64,000 bases of DNA from NCBI GenBank assembly GCA_010015805.1, contig ML978128.1:1674001-1738000 (forward strand), given 5' to 3'. How positions within the stretch are numbered: the stretch's first letter is position 1; each line of letters starts with the position of its first letter. The translations under genes and the position numbers were made by a program. This document shows positions 12,341-25,612 of this stretch, piece by piece. Source of the stretch: Rhizodiscina lignyota (Eukaryota). A model generated the notes under the pieces. It was not told where the DNA came from, searched no databases, and was given only the letters and a program-made list of their open reading frames with translations.

Positions 12341-14829
12341 CTACTTCTGAGGCTCCAAAGAGAATAACTCTCTACGCCATCTGAACCACTTGCTCATTCT
12401 CTTCCCCATGGAGCGAGACATAATGGGGTCGATCTTCGCCACAGGATGTGGCTTGTGGAATATGATCTTCCCACCTTCGCTGGATTCACCCACCCGTTCA
12501 AAGACGACGGCCGAGCCACCACCATTCCTGGCCGAGAAACCAGTATCTTGCATTGCTTGCACGAAGGTATTCCAGTCGGTCGTCTTCGTGGCTTCTTCGT
12601 TTTGTGCTGGGAACATTGTACAAAGAACGGAAAATGTGCTTGCTTTCACTACTACTTTTGTGCTTGGTTCTTCCGGCGGAGCGAGCGGTATCTGTCCCTC
12701 TGTGGCTTCTGAGACGGGTTGAACGCTTTCTGGCTCCTTTCCTCTCGTCTTCGCTTTGACCTTGATTGCCTTGTTTTCTTGCTTTGGACCTTTCTGATGT
12801 TCGTCTGAATTTTGCTGTATCCTCAGAGGAAGGCTGTTCTGGGCAGATTGCTCCGCTTCCGCAATACTGGCGACAATGTATTCCCGCTCCACATCCAGTG
12901 CACGGAGGTGTTCCTGGCTATTGTATAGTGACAGAATTTCCAGATCTTCTTCGGCCTCGCTGGCGCTGAGTCCGCGCTTGTCCATTACAACGCGATAACG
13001 GCTCTTTACTACACTCCAAAACTTCCCATGTGCTTCATGACTCTTATCAAACTGGTGGAGCTAGGCAAGACTGTTAGGCTTCCGTTTACTTGGCATAACT
13101 GCGTCCTGAAATTCTTCCAGTGCTGCCGTCATCTCACGTTCGTCCAATTCACTCATATGCGAGCGATGCGGTTCGACGAGCTGACGTCTCCATTGCTTTC
13201 GATGACTCTCATTCTCGAGCACATCATCTAGCTCGCGATTCGTGTTTAGAGGTCTATGCATGCGCACCGAGACAAGCAATTCATGAATTGCGGCGTAGTC
13301 TGAAAGCTTTTGAAAGATGATCTGGTCCAGTCGAGCGCGGTCAGCTGCGGTGCATTTCGAAAGATGGTCGTCCAGAAAGTTGAAGAGCATAGCATGATCG
13401 TACCGTCTTGGTTCATCTGGAGCACCTTGCAGCTGGAGTAAGCCCCAGTCAAGAGGATCTTCGTAAAATACCTTCGTAATATCCTTGTTTGCTTTTCTCC
13501 TCGCCGTAATTTCACCATTCTTGATCTGTCCATGCTCCCAAAAATGGGAAAAGCCACGCCTTTGGGGAATAACAGCCTGGAGGTGCCTCGATTGCTGATG
13601 CATAACATTCACAAGCAGGAGCCCGAGTGAGCCTAATGCGTTGTCGTATTTTCGAGGTAGCGCTTCTCCGCCATGGATATGATCTCTGTAGCGGAGTTTC
13701 CACTTTTATGCCTCGTGGAGTTCGACGACCACCGATTGCCAGAACCAGTAGAGTTGCAGGTCATGGCACAGTTCCCCCACGATGATTCGACAGCTGTCGC
13801 TCCGCCCAGCTCGTTTGACAGCAACAAATTCGGAGATCTGCCGCATATGTCGCCGCATATAGGCGGGATCTGTCTGTAAAAGCCACAAATGATCACCTGC
13901 GGCGTCCACTCTCGCTTTGGCTAGTGATATCAATCTGTCGATATTGAAGATTGGAGGCGCAGAGAATGCTTGATAAGTGTACTGAGACCAGAAGGCAATA
14001 TCGCCGCTCTTCTTGAATCCAGCCTGAGTCATTTCTGCCCATTTTGAGGACGAGGCAGGCAACTCGGAATTTACACCATCCAAGATTTGGTCGAGCACTG
14101 CACGCAGGAACCCCAACAGACAGGCTTGGGCCTCGACGATGAGCCGCGCTCGCGGATACCTACGATATCAAATCGATGTGCCTTATCTTTGTCCCAATCC
14201 ACCAACTGTCCAAATCTTGATCCATGCACGACCACGCAGCGCCCACAGTAGTCCACATCTAGCAGACCAATGTTCCAACCAAAATTCAGTTCTTTATTGT
14301 CAAATGGAACCCAATCCTCTGGAGTGTAATGTGTGCGATTGTGAAGCAGACCGAAAAGAACGGCCGGGTCGGTCTTGAGGAGCTCGAGGCTCAAGGAGGG
14401 CAGCAAGCAATGCTTCCTGTGGTGCGCTCGGGTGTCTTTCCAATGGAGTTCGGCGATGGCATATCGTGGGACAAACCATTGGTGTGGATAGAGGTCAGGA
14501 TCGACTTGGAGTAAGAGATTCGCACGATGTTCTCGGCTCTTTTTCCTCCAGCGGCTCAATATTCTATCGCCGTTCGCTTCGCACTGTCTCCGGAGGTATT
14601 CTCGATTATCCCGGATCTGCGACACATATTTCCCAATTATCTTTTCAGCTTGTGCATCTAAGACCTCAGCCACATAATTCCATCGATCGACAACCTGGTC
14701 GTTCTCTGTGTAGAACTGGGTTCGACAATCGACGCATTCGCAGGGGGAATCGCGTATGGGAGTTGTACTAAAGACGTAACTTGTGTCACCATTTGCTTCG
14801 CGCGAGGGCCAATCCCCGACGGACTGCAT
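12341..14829 (-). pseudogene. Disrupted fungal hypothetical gene with C-terminal HicA-like motif
   Basis: Four ORF pieces join into one protein: 1-nt frameshift near 14160 (DIVG/YPRARLIVEAQ), in-frame TAA at 13706-13708 (LHEA*KWKLRY), in-frame TAG at 13061-13063 (SLA*LHQFD). C-terminus DWNTFVQAMQDTGF...GGSAVVF...IIFHKPHP. Confidence 0.75.
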
Positions 14830-14989
14830 GGTCGATAATTGCCGTCGAAAGCAGAAGAAGCGAATCAAAACGCAGCTTGAAGTTCTTGAAAGGTTAAAAA
14901 GTGAAAGACGATGAACTGCCTTTGTAGCAGAATAATATTGTGACCGTCAAATTTCCGCGGTTCAGGCACAGCCACTAAACGTTAGGTAG

Positions 14990-15400
14990 CCTCTTTACAG
15001 GGCTTGCCGTATATAAGCACGACCAAGAATCCCTTGCTTAGTCTGTCGCATATTTATCAAGCCTCACAGTGGAGTGCCTGGGTTGTCCAATAGTGAAACT
15101 ATTATTTATATTAAGCAGCTAGTTTCTCGTGAGCGTATGAGACCTATGACCGCGCCTTACTTCCCCAATAACTAGAAGCAAGTCTTGTAAGGTAGCCTAG
15201 TAAACTACCCCTCTTAACCTTGAATATAAACTACTGATATCTAGAAGCTTCTTAGAAGTGTTGAAGGTGACTGTAGTAGAGTGGCTCTGTAGATTGTTCG
15301 TTCGTTGGAACTGGTTCTTTCATAGATTGTTGAGAGGAAGCGGAAGAGCGGTCGAAAGATTCTGTTGATTTGGTCCGAGTATGCAACAAAGGCGATGGTA
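14990..15400 (+). repeat. Degenerate dispersed repeat / coding relic, copy A
   Basis: Shares agtttctcgtgagcgtatgag and a gaagctt...gaagtg...gctctg.aga.tgttc...ggaact.g.tctttc block with 54700-54915; TA-rich with many stops. Confidence 0.65.
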
Positions 15401-15733
15401 TAACATGCTGAGTTTAAACACCCAGAAAATAATTGTTATATATTTTTGCCATAGAGGAGGCCTGATGTGCGAAGGTATCGTTGCTCATCGATCTGACATG
15501 CGTCAGATTGATAGATCTTCCCCAGATTTGCACATGCCTCAGGTGTTGTGACAGGGGCCACCCCTGCTCGGATGCGCCACATCTGTCATAGTCCCAGCGA
15601 TTGCACTTGCATGTGCACACCAATACGCAATCGACAAGCCGTTCCAGGTTTGCGTTGGGCCTATGACATGTTCTTCAACTCCAGGCTCTGAAACTCTCCC
15701 TGGACCTTTATCCATACATTCGGAATCGCAAAG

Positions 15734-18056
15734 ATGAGTGCAGGTATTGCCTCTACTCTTAAGGATCTCAATCCTCTCCCAGACGACCTTACCGTCGTAA
15801 CGGATCCCGGAAAGAAGGACCGCGCAGAAGCTCTCGCGGACGAGCCTACAGCAAGCCATGCGCTTGCAGTCGCTGACCATGAAGAGAAAGGTTTGCGCCG
15901 ATATCATGTACATATCATATAGGCACTGAAGTTTGAATAACACAGGCGCAGCTCAACAACCGCACGATGAAGAAGAGGTCGTCAACCTTGGATGGAACGC
16001 GCCACAAAGCGAGATTGCCAATCCTCTTGTGGGAAGAATGCACAATGAAGAGCTCTGGCTGCTCATACGGAGATTCAACATGGTACGTATGCCGCTTTTG
16101 AGAGCATTCTGAAGCTTACGAGGGTACCTTAGCAAATGTACCACTTGAAGGAAGTCGCTCATCCCGTTCCCGGCAACCTCGATTTGAACATTGCGGACGA
16201 GGAGGAGTTCTCTCCTGATAAGCTACGAAGCAACATTGAGAGGCTTTACATGACAGTCATTGTTGGTCTCATTGCGTTCGTAAAGCATATCGCTCGCTTG
16301 CGATCGTGGAGGGAAACGAGGCGAACCGCGTGGTTCTGCACTGTGGGTGGTTCGGCTCGCCTCCAACTTCTTCCGATTCCTAACCAAGATGCAGGCCTAC
16401 TTCGTCGCGTGGACGTTCGACTTCATCGTTCCACTCCTGTCTCTGACAATTATAGCACTAATCGTCTATCCCCCTTGTCGCGAAGTCCTCTTTCCTCCTG
16501 CGCCGATAGCTCTCGTCGATGCCAAATCAGGCGGCGTCCAGAAGCCAAAGGCCGGCGTGCTCGGGAGCCATGATTCTGCAACTGGCGCGCCGGAGAACCA
16601 CAAGGGTGAAGCGGTGGAGGCGGAAGCTAGCAACTTTGTGAACGGCATTGCATCGGTGGCTTTGAGCAGTGCTGCAGGCAAACATCCTCAGAACGATCCA
16701 GATGAGGAAGAAGGCGCCGCACACGATGTCGTACCCGATCCGACTGCACTGGCGGTGGGTGCCGCCGATGCAAAAGACAAGGCCGCGGGTGGCAAACCAG
16801 CTACCACGCATGACAAGACGAAGGTGCCTATGGAGACGGCGATGTGGACAAAGATGAGACCTGTCATGCACGGAATCGCGGATGTATCAGGTCAGTTCTT
16901 CTGCTAGAGAGGTTTGGAACGTGGCTGATTGTTATTGCAGATACATGGGAGCGATTCGCGAACGCACTCTCCCCAACACCACCCTTTCCAAGGGAGACCT
17001 ATCGGCTACGTCTTGCAGCACTCATTGTTCCTCTTCTTGCGACGTCAGTCTTTGTCACCTCCTACATGTTTCTCAAGGGCGTGACCTTCGGTATCGGTTT
17101 TGGATTCTTTGGCGATCCAGTCATCCAGCGAGGCTTGAGCTTCTTGAACAGGAGATTTCCAAATTGGCAAAAATTGCTCGAGTTACGCAAGTAAGCACAG
17201 CATGCTTCATTGTGATGTTGAAGAAGAATCTGCTGACTGGGATGGAAACAGTACTATACTCAAAGGTGTACCGACGAATGCGCAGCTCACAATTACACTC
17301 CTGCGCATTGGTGAAGCGAACAAGGCTCCGCTTCCGCCACCTCCACGTGTCGATGAACCGGCGCCAGAACAGCCCGCTGAGGTGACAGAGGAGCACCTTC
17401 GGGCTACAGGCGCAGACTGGCCGCTCAATGCGACGAAAGAAGAGCTCGATGAGGCCATGGCTCATGACCCTACCGTGCCTCACGAAACTGGAGGCGGTGA
17501 TATAGACGCCTCGAAGAACTCAAAGCACGGCAAGAAGGGCGGCAAGCTGCTAGCATTCTTCAAGGGAACGACCAAGGCGGCCGTTGAGACGGCCATTGGC
17601 ACCGACCATCTCAGAGCCAAGGCAGGCTCGACGCCAGCGAAGAACCGTTTGGGCGTCATTCCTCGACGGGGCGAGCAACCCATTTCCGGTCCCGTGGACT
17701 TCAAGTCTCGCTACAATGGCCGCAAGGGGCATGTGTACATCACGGCGAAAGCCACGATTCCCTGCGTCGCGTTCAGCACTGATTCTACGATTGAGAAGAT
17801 CGGTAGCGTGGACCGTGAGGACCTGCACCCCGCCTGGAGTGTGCCAATAGGCGATATTAGGGAGCTGAAGAAGATTGGTGGCTACGGCTGGAAGGCCAAG
17901 CTCGTCGTCGGCTGGGCTCTGGATAGACAGGTGAGTGATGGCCTAGAAATCATCGACAAGAGGGGAAATAGCTGGGTCTTGACTGCTTGCCCACTCAGAG
18001 ATGAGCTCTTCAATAGGCTATGCGCCATGGGCGGCCAGAAGTGGGAGGCTTGGTGA
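15734..18056 (+). CDS. DUF3292-family membrane protein
   Basis: Six exons (introns ~15891-15945, 16084-16132, 16343-16394, 16890-16940, 17190-17251). Motifs LDLNIADEEEFSPDKLRSNIERLY, DTWERFANALSPTPPF, LKGVPTNAQLTITLLRIGE, RDELFNRLCAMGGQKWEAW. Confidence 0.85.
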
Positions 18057-18093
18057 GAAAGCATGGTTCCAATACACGATCAACTAGACTTAG

Positions 18094-18116
18094 CTATTGT
18101 ATTGTATTGTATTGTA
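18094..18116. repeat. (ATTGT)n microsatellite in 3' region
   Basis: tattgtattgtattgtattgtag read directly. Confidence 0.85.
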
Positions 18117-19041
18117 GTTCAATCACGGCCGAGATAGGCATGCCTGAAGTCGACTTCATAGTTCATCTCGCTCATCCTCATGAAGGACGTCCAGTGCGCC
18201 CCTAAATTAAATCGACATCGACATTGCCATGGTCTCACACGAGGGGACATCTCGATCAGATATCTAATCAAAAGCAGCGCCGCCAGCATCATGTATGCCG
18301 CATGCGTAATGTAGTTTTGATTGTTCTCGACATTGTAGCGACTGCCCTGAACGGATGTTGGTAACCATTTACCCTTTTTGGCTGCTGTGCCGAGCCATGG
18401 AGTCCACGGGATTTCGCGACTTGCGCAAGTTGCGAGTATCCGGCTGGAGGTGCGTACGGCGATCAAACATACTGCAAGTGGAATGAATTCGGCAATTCAG
18501 GACTCGCAAGGAGACGGCTCTGATTTTTGATCGGAAACAAAACTGCAGCAGCGGAGGCGGAAACTCCATGCGCTGCGACGGAAACATCTTGTTGCCGCAA
18601 AAATAGGGCTGTAGTGCGGGCCGTCGATAATATTATTCAACCAAGACAAATAGTAATCCCTGAGTCATCTTCCTCGGGTTCGTGGTGGATTATTATGGAC
18701 GCATAGTGCGCCGTACTATGTACAATTCGATCGCCACGGCCGCTATGCCGGAAAACGACAATATTAAAAATATCTCCGGTGCAGCTGCGTCGCAGTTTCA
18801 CATGTATTAAATGATGATACGATGACTCGGAAGGTCCCGAACTGACGTTGATGAATTCGAAGACATCCTTAACTGTGACTCGTGTGAGAGATTGGGAAGA
18901 TGCACTACCTACATCCTGGTTTCAAGGGTATCAGTTTATGGCCAGATTGCGCAGCCACAGCCTGAATGGGTGTCGAATGCTCTCAAAGCCAATTTCGATC
19001 GCCGAACAGCTCCAGCTCCCGGGGGAATTTGGAGAAAGGTG

Positions 19042-19839
19042 TCAAGAATTAGTATTCTTCGGCGCGCAGGTATCGCAGCCCTCCTGCGCGATGAAGTCAG
19101 TCAACTCGCCGAGCGCGTCGCCCTCTTTCCCTCCAGCTGCAGCGGGCGTCGCGCCTTCGTCAACCTCCTCGCCAAAGTCGCGCGCCTGTTCATCGCAGAG
19201 CTGGGCCATGGTAAGGTCCTTCATCGACAAGCCCTGAGGCCTGTGCGTCGTCCATCTAATGTGCACGAGATTGTACACATTGGCCCATTCAGGGTGGTGT
19301 TTCTCGCGGCGACACGCGGCCGCAACGGCGTCCATGAATTCCCATGTCTTCTTGAAGGTCCGGAATTTGAAAGACCGCTCTATACCGCGCCCATGGCTGC
19401 TGGGCGCCCAGCGGCCGCCGGGAGTGCAGAGGCGCGCAAGCAGCGGAGCGGCCGTGGCAGGATCAGTGTTGCTCGAGAAATGAACTGATGCGGCCGTCGA
19501 GGCAGAGGCCGCATCCGCGACGTCTGAAGCCCGCCCACCACCATCGTTTCGCGGTGGCTGGACAGCGTAATTGGTGGCCGTCTGCATGAACGTCGGAGGA
19601 ACGTGGCGAGGGATGGATAGGGCTAGCGGCCGACGTTGTCCTTGCGTTTGATGGGCCTGGAGGTGTGCTCCTGCCAGGCGGTTGACGTTGCGAATGCGCA
19701 AGCGGGTGCGGGCCTTGCACGCCTGGCTCACGTCCGTGTGGAAGCGGATGCAGCTGCGGCCTGACGATCCAGATGAAGCGGGCCTTGCCGCTTTGGCGAG
19801 GTTAGCGAAAGAGTCGAAGAGAGTGCGGAATTGGAGCAT
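19042..19839 (-). CDS. Pterin-4-alpha-carbinolamine dehydratase (PCD/DCoH family), probably mitochondrial
   Basis: IERSFKFRTFKKTWEFMDAVAAACRREKHHPEWANVYNLVHIRWTTHRPQGLSMKD (HHP signature); Arg/Ser/Ala-rich N-terminus resembles a presequence. Start uncertain. Confidence 0.9.
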   Translation of the reverse strand: MLQFRTLFDSFANLAKAARPASSGSSGRSCIRFHTDVSQACKARTRLRIRNVNRLAGAHLQAHQTQGQRRPLALSIPRHVPPTFMQTATNYAVQPPRNDGGGRASDVADAASASTAASVHFSSNTDPATAAPLLARLCTPGGRWAPSSHGRGIERSFKFRTFKKTWEFMDAVAAACRREKHHPEWANVYNLVHIRWTTHRPQGLSMKDLTMAQLCDEQARDFGEEVDEGATPAAAGGKEGDALGELTDFIAQEGCDTCAPKNTNS

Positions 19840-22285
19840 TGCCGTGTGTGGTGTTTCCTCATCACGAGGAGCCGTGTTTCACGCCCGTGATTATGTGATA
19901 TACTCTCGTTAGGGGAGCCAATCGAGGGGTGGTGGAGACTGCTGTTGATAGCGAATCGCCGCTGGGTGTGCTCGATAGGACGGCTCGCAGCGATTACTGA
20001 TTTGGAAGTGCTTCGGCGTTCAAACAGGTTCGCTGATAGTTGACTTGCGCGAGGATTATTGCGATTTGCAGGAATGATTTGGATGCCCGCATTACCCACC
20101 AGGCTGTATTGCGCGCCTAGTCTGATGCTCCGTCTTTGTACGGAGAAGGTGAAATTTCCTCCCGCTTACCTAAGGCTCGGAGTTTAAAGCCTTATTGATG
20201 ACCCAGGAGGGTCAGAAGAGCTACGTAGGTACGTCTAGAAGGGGGTGGGGATGGTCATTGGGCAGTTCGCAAGCCAGTCTATAGTCTGAGCTTCTGTGGC
20301 TCTGCGAGAGTGACACGCCCTTTGCTGTCGTGATCAAACTTGCATGCGACAATATGATTTCGCATTCGCAAGCTCCAATGCCCGGCGTGTAACTTTTCCC
20401 GTGGAAACAGTGGATTTCCGATTATATGATTAGATGATCCATTCATGACCACGACCGGCGTCCCTATCGAGGAAATCCGGTGCGATTCCGAGTGGATATG
20501 CACAGCAGCCACAGGGCAGCAACAGTGCTGCTTTCGGGTATTGGTCGGGTACTGCAGCGTCGAAAGGCAGTTCGTGAATTCAAAGTCAACTTCACCACAA
20601 CCCTGCAGCTGCAATCGCCGATTCAGGTAAATTGCAGCGCAAGGGGTGGCGTTCCATATCAAATTGATTAACGGCTGGCGTGCTTCTAGACGAGCTGGCG
20701 AGTGTTCATTCCTGTTGCGCGATTGACTGCATGCGGAGAGAAGATGAACCGTGGGAAAGTCTCCATGGAGATCACGAGGGCTGGGTGGAATTTAGCTCGA
20801 AGACGATGCCATCGAGAGTCGGAGACTTTGGATACACTCCACGGAAGGAAGAGCATCGCTGAAAGGCTATGTATATATGGTTGTGTGATTTGATATGTCT
20901 TCGCAGAGTCGCAAGCTCCAACAACCCTGTGGAGAGCATGCTCACCCCCGTCAGTCAGGGTTCCGAAGCTGCGGAGCATCTTTTCTGTCACCCACGAGGA
21001 TCTCCGCAGGGGCAGGCATGATTCTGCTCCGTACTGATGTCCCCATCGGGCGCGTATTATACGGATGTTTTAAGGGCGATTTGTGCCCTTGAATATTACA
21101 CGAGCTCGTGAAGCAGGAATCGCCAGGAGGATCCCCCTCGCATACACGGCCCAAAGAGGAACTTACTCGCTCGCAGAGCTGCCAGCCTGCCATGCAGGAT
21201 TCCTAACGTATGTGAAGCAGTATTAGGAATCGGCGCTGTTGGTAGCGACGCGAAGAGACTCGAGGCGTTCCACGCGCTTTCCATGGAAAGGAGTCTCGGG
21301 CGAGAGGCGTGACGTCGGAATGGAAGTGGCAGCAGCCAAGACAGGTGGTTAGCTAATGCCTGATACAGTGATTCCTGCTTCGCGTGGTGTGGTACGGTAT
21401 CTCCGCTGACCGGAAATATGAATGATGCGGATTGCAGCGCCGCGCAGTCGTCGCAAAAGAGCCATTATTAGAGCGGGCGGCAGCGAGCGAGGCCAGGCGC
21501 GCCGTGCTGTCGAACTGAGCATTGTATACAACAGTTCGCGTTACTTCTCCATCGGGCAAATGATATGGAGGGGAGCGAGGCAGCTGGAAGAGGAAATAAC
21601 GAAACAAGGAGTAACTTTCGAGCGCTCGGCCGGTGGGCGCGTATGTCAGCGTGGAGGCGGCCTTACGATACTCGCTCTCGCTGCCTTGGCGGGGAGCGGA
21701 GCAGGGGCGCGCACCGCCCAATCGCGCAATGCCTTTCCTTACCGTTAGTCAGGCGCACCTCTTGCTCCCTTCGCTGAAGAATGGTGGAGAATGAATGCCT
21801 GATTCGGGTCGCTCGGAGCGCCAAGGGCGAGGGCAGCTCGAGTGTTTGTCATCAGCCATCAAGCGCCTTAGTAGTGCGCGCTGGAGCAGATATTAGTTAT
21901 ATCATTATCAGGATGGCACAGCGCCTCTCGCACGAATCCAATCGGGTTAATGCTAGACTGTGGCTGCGTGCCATTCCTCCAGCTGCGTGCCTGCCTCCCA
22001 GCTCCAGTGTTCCGCTGCGGGTCCGCCTGAGAGTCGCGCGCGATACATGTAACTTATTCGCTCCACCCAACAGCGAACCCTCACCATCCTTTTCTTTCCA
22101 ATTACCTCATCACCCATCGGCCGCCCGCTGAGTCTAGCGAGCAAACGCCCTTCCCAGCGCCTGTAGCGAACCCGGACGCCGAGTGAATGCCGCCCGCTAC
22201 GCTGAAAAGTATCCGGCCTACACTGCACCTTACCTAAATGCTCGCGTCCAACCCTCCTTCGCCGTCTCCAAATCTTTTAGCCACC

Positions 22286-23472
22286 ATGTCTCGAGTAAGC
22301 ACTCTCCCCATGCCTACTTTGCACCTTCATAAAACACTTATGCTGACCTTACTAATCCTAGGACGGTGCTCTTGAACTGAGTATTTTACTCCCGCTCCCC
22401 CTGCCCACTGCTCCCATGGACAATGCTAATCTTTTTAAAAGGCCTCCGCGAGCATCTCATGCAAGTCCAGAGCACCGCCTCTGCCCCTCCCAACTCCCAG
22501 CACGACCAGAACATCGATCCTGCCATTGCAGGAAACGCATATCAAATGAGCGCAGGAGACAGCGGCGGGGACGACCAGATGCAGGACACAAGGAAGGGCA
22601 GGAGGGAGCTGTCGACGTCGAAGCGTGCTGCCCAGAATCGCGCTGCGCAGGTGAGTCCATCGCGACGGCATTGGCTTTTGCGCGATTGCGTTCGTTGTTT
22701 TGCCAAATTTCATGGTCGTCATCGACTCTGCGCCGTTCGAGGACGGATGAAGACGTCGCTGCCTTACTCATCTATTACTCATGCATTTTCGCTTTCGTAT
22801 TTCGCAATATCTGATTTCTTGGACTTTTCTTTCTCGTGTAGCTGGGCTTGGAATCCGTATCTCTGCGCTCGATTTGCCCCAACAGACCCGCTGCGCACTT
22901 TTCCGCCTTGCGAGTTTTGCGTGACGGCCAGCCAGCCGCGTTGTCGCATAGTTGCCAAACAAGGAATCGATTACTAATATTTCGTCGCAGCGCGCATTCC
23001 GGCAACGCAAAGAAGAATACATCAAGAGCTTGAAGGACCAGGTGAAGGAATACGAGACCCTGAACGAAAACTACAAGGCCGTGCAGGCCGAAAACTACCA
23101 GCTCCGGGACTACATCATCAACCTTCAATCACGTCTTCTCGAGTCACAGGGTAGCTTCCCCGAGCCCCCTGTCGACATCAACATTAATCGCAGTGCTCAG
23201 CCACCGGCACCAGAGGCACCCGCAATGTCGTCCACAGCCGTAAGCCAGCTCGTTTCGGCAGCGCAAGCGACAGAGGCGCACGCGGATAACGGCGTCAAGC
23301 ACGACGGCTATGTACCTGCGGGAGACTATCCTTCAAAGCGCCAGAGAGGGGAGGATGGAGGTTGGTCACCTTTCTGTTAGTAGTTAGCACCGCGTCTCCT
23401 TTCTTGCCCTACGTCCACCCTTTATTTGCTCATGGTGGGCCAACAGCAACAGGAGATCGCCCGAATTCATGA
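22286..23472 (+). CDS. kapC: bZIP transcription factor, KapC-like
   Basis: RRELSTSKRAAQNRAAQ | intron 22651-22990 | RAFRQRKEEYIKSLKDQVKEY...ENYQLRDYIINLQSRLLE. Two micro-exons at the 5' end (introns 22295-22361, ~22381-22441); last intron 23361-23446. Confidence 0.8.
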
Positions 23473-24410
23473 CGGACAAATCTCGGAGACCTGAGCGACT
23501 CGCTCTCGGTTGCGTCGCGACGATCGATTATTGAACGAGGCTATCCGACCTCTTCCACTCTGCCGGACGGGTTACGTGTTTTGTTATGAGGATTACTTTC
23601 TTGCTGCGCTTCTTTGACTCTAATGGTTCTGCGGGTTTAATCGGCGTCGTTTATGGCAAACTGCATGGATTAGTGTTTTATATTGCATACAGCGATCAAA
23701 GGACTGGGAGGCCGGCGAAAACGGGAGGCTACTTGACTTCCAAGGTTTATGTCTGTAGGTCAATACTGTGCGACTACGGTTGCACGTCGTGAATGGTTAC
23801 GGTCTGTTCAAGTTTCACTTTATGAGAAGAGGAGCAATGCTTCTAAGAGTAACAAATGTCACGATGCCTCTTCTACGATGGTGCAAAGAGCTACATTTAG
23901 ATTGGGCGATACTGTTGATGTCGAGTGCGTCCTAAAACTGCTGAACGGATTCCAGTCTTACGCGAACGGAGCTCCAGCAATCGTTCGCACGGAGGGAGAA
24001 CATCCAAATGTTGCTCTAACCGCACCCCAGCAAATGGTCGCGCAATCGCAGAGGAACTTTTGAGTTCAACGGTTTGATTTTTGCGCACCAGGGAAGACCT
24101 TCAGCTGTGAGTTGAATAGCACTGAGCTACTATCTAGTGTTTTCGTTCTGGATTCATCGGAGGCCATCAACGCTGTCTTCGAGGCTGGTATCCAACTTTC
24201 ACATGGCAGACGCCGGTCGTATCATTCACAACATGGCGCTGGCACTGTAACACGCGCTCTCTCAACCGCTTCCCCTCATTCACAGCTTTACCAGTTTCAC
24301 AGGCACCAACCATTAGCGACGCAAACAATTACACTTCCGTTGTCAAGGCCGTTAAAAGCCTCGCCTATCCTGCAATGTCTTTGTTTCCCTACTTACAAAA
24401 CACGCGTACG

Positions 24411-25250
24411 ATGGCATCAAAGCACAGAAGGACATGGTCGGAGGAGGAGATGTCGGTTGCCTCTTCTGGGGTGATGGAGCCAGAGGAGAACGGCGACGAC
24501 TTCATCAAAATCGACGAGGCGCAGCTGAACTACATTCCCGAAGTAAGTTTGGAAGTACCGATGGCATTCCAGAAGCTATAATTCTTACAGGACCAGAACT
24601 GCGAGAACCCGGAATTTATTGGGCGACGACGCAGGCCAGAGACTACCCTCGAGAAGATCCGAAACGCAGACTACGAGAAGCAGATCAAGGCCGCGAAGGA
24701 ACAGTACAAGAAGCATACCCAGACAGCGAAGGATTGTCTATTTCGCAGCGCCATCGCCGGCCTGAAACTCGCGAATCAAGGTGCCGCCTACGCGTCGCGG
24801 ACCATCGGCGACTACACAGACAGCTTCGTCGCGCATCAAGAGATCACGCGCGTGACAAGGGAGGGCGATGGAAGGCCTGAGCCTCTGGGCTGCAACTACG
24901 TGGGTGGAGCAGACGACGACACAGAGCTCACGAAAAGCATGGAGGAGAGGCTCAATCCAACCTCGCGCACGCGTCGACGGAACGCCCCATCACCTGGCCG
25001 TGCTACTATCGCGATGATATCAGAGCGAGCGAGCGAGCTCCCGCGAATGGGCCTACACGAGCTGTCTCCGATGCAGCGCGAAGCTCGGGCAAAGGCAGTG
25101 TTGTTGAGTCGGCCAAGGCAAGACGGGGGCAGGAAGCAGCTGGAAGAGGCTACGGAGAAGGTGGAAACCGAGGCTGCAGAGCAGGTGCGCGGTAAGAGGG
25201 AGAATTCCGTCGGAGATGGTGACGTGCAGGTGGAGGGTGTTTCTCTATGA
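24411..25250 (+). CDS. Hypothetical protein (charged, ~260 aa)
   Basis: MASKHRRTWSEEEM..., intron ~24543-24590 (gtaagt...ttacag) restores an open frame to the stop at 25250. No recognisable domain. Confidence 0.55.
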
Positions 25251-25612
25251 TCCTCTGAAAGGAGCATTTCCGGATACGGCAGCTGTTCCGTCTTCTCTCG
25301 CTCGCAAGATGCCAACGTCTTGGGCCCTGCGTTTGGGCTGTTATAGCATGCACTATACCACTATCAAGCGTCGCATTGGGCAAGTCGTGCGAGATGTCCA
25401 GAGGCATCGACCTTTTCTCGCGCATAGAACAGCCGCAATGGCATTCACACTTATACCCAAATCCGTGCATTTTACTAAGTTGGCTCATGTAATCTGCGTG
25501 GCATCCTGGCTCGCGGTACAACAAACCCGACCGAAGACATGCCGCTCTTAAGCTTCTCGTACGAAACTCAAACGGAGTTTAGAATTGTTTATCTAGGATT
25601 CTTTTCGAGTGA

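Noticed and set aside
20100..22200. Many short ORFs upstream of the bZIP gene
   Set aside because: No motifs or splice-consistent model; treated as intergenic or regulatory DNA.
22745..22815. Intronic C/D-box snoRNA (atgaaga...ctga)
   Set aside because: Box C is imperfect, and no terminal stem or rRNA guide could be verified by eye.
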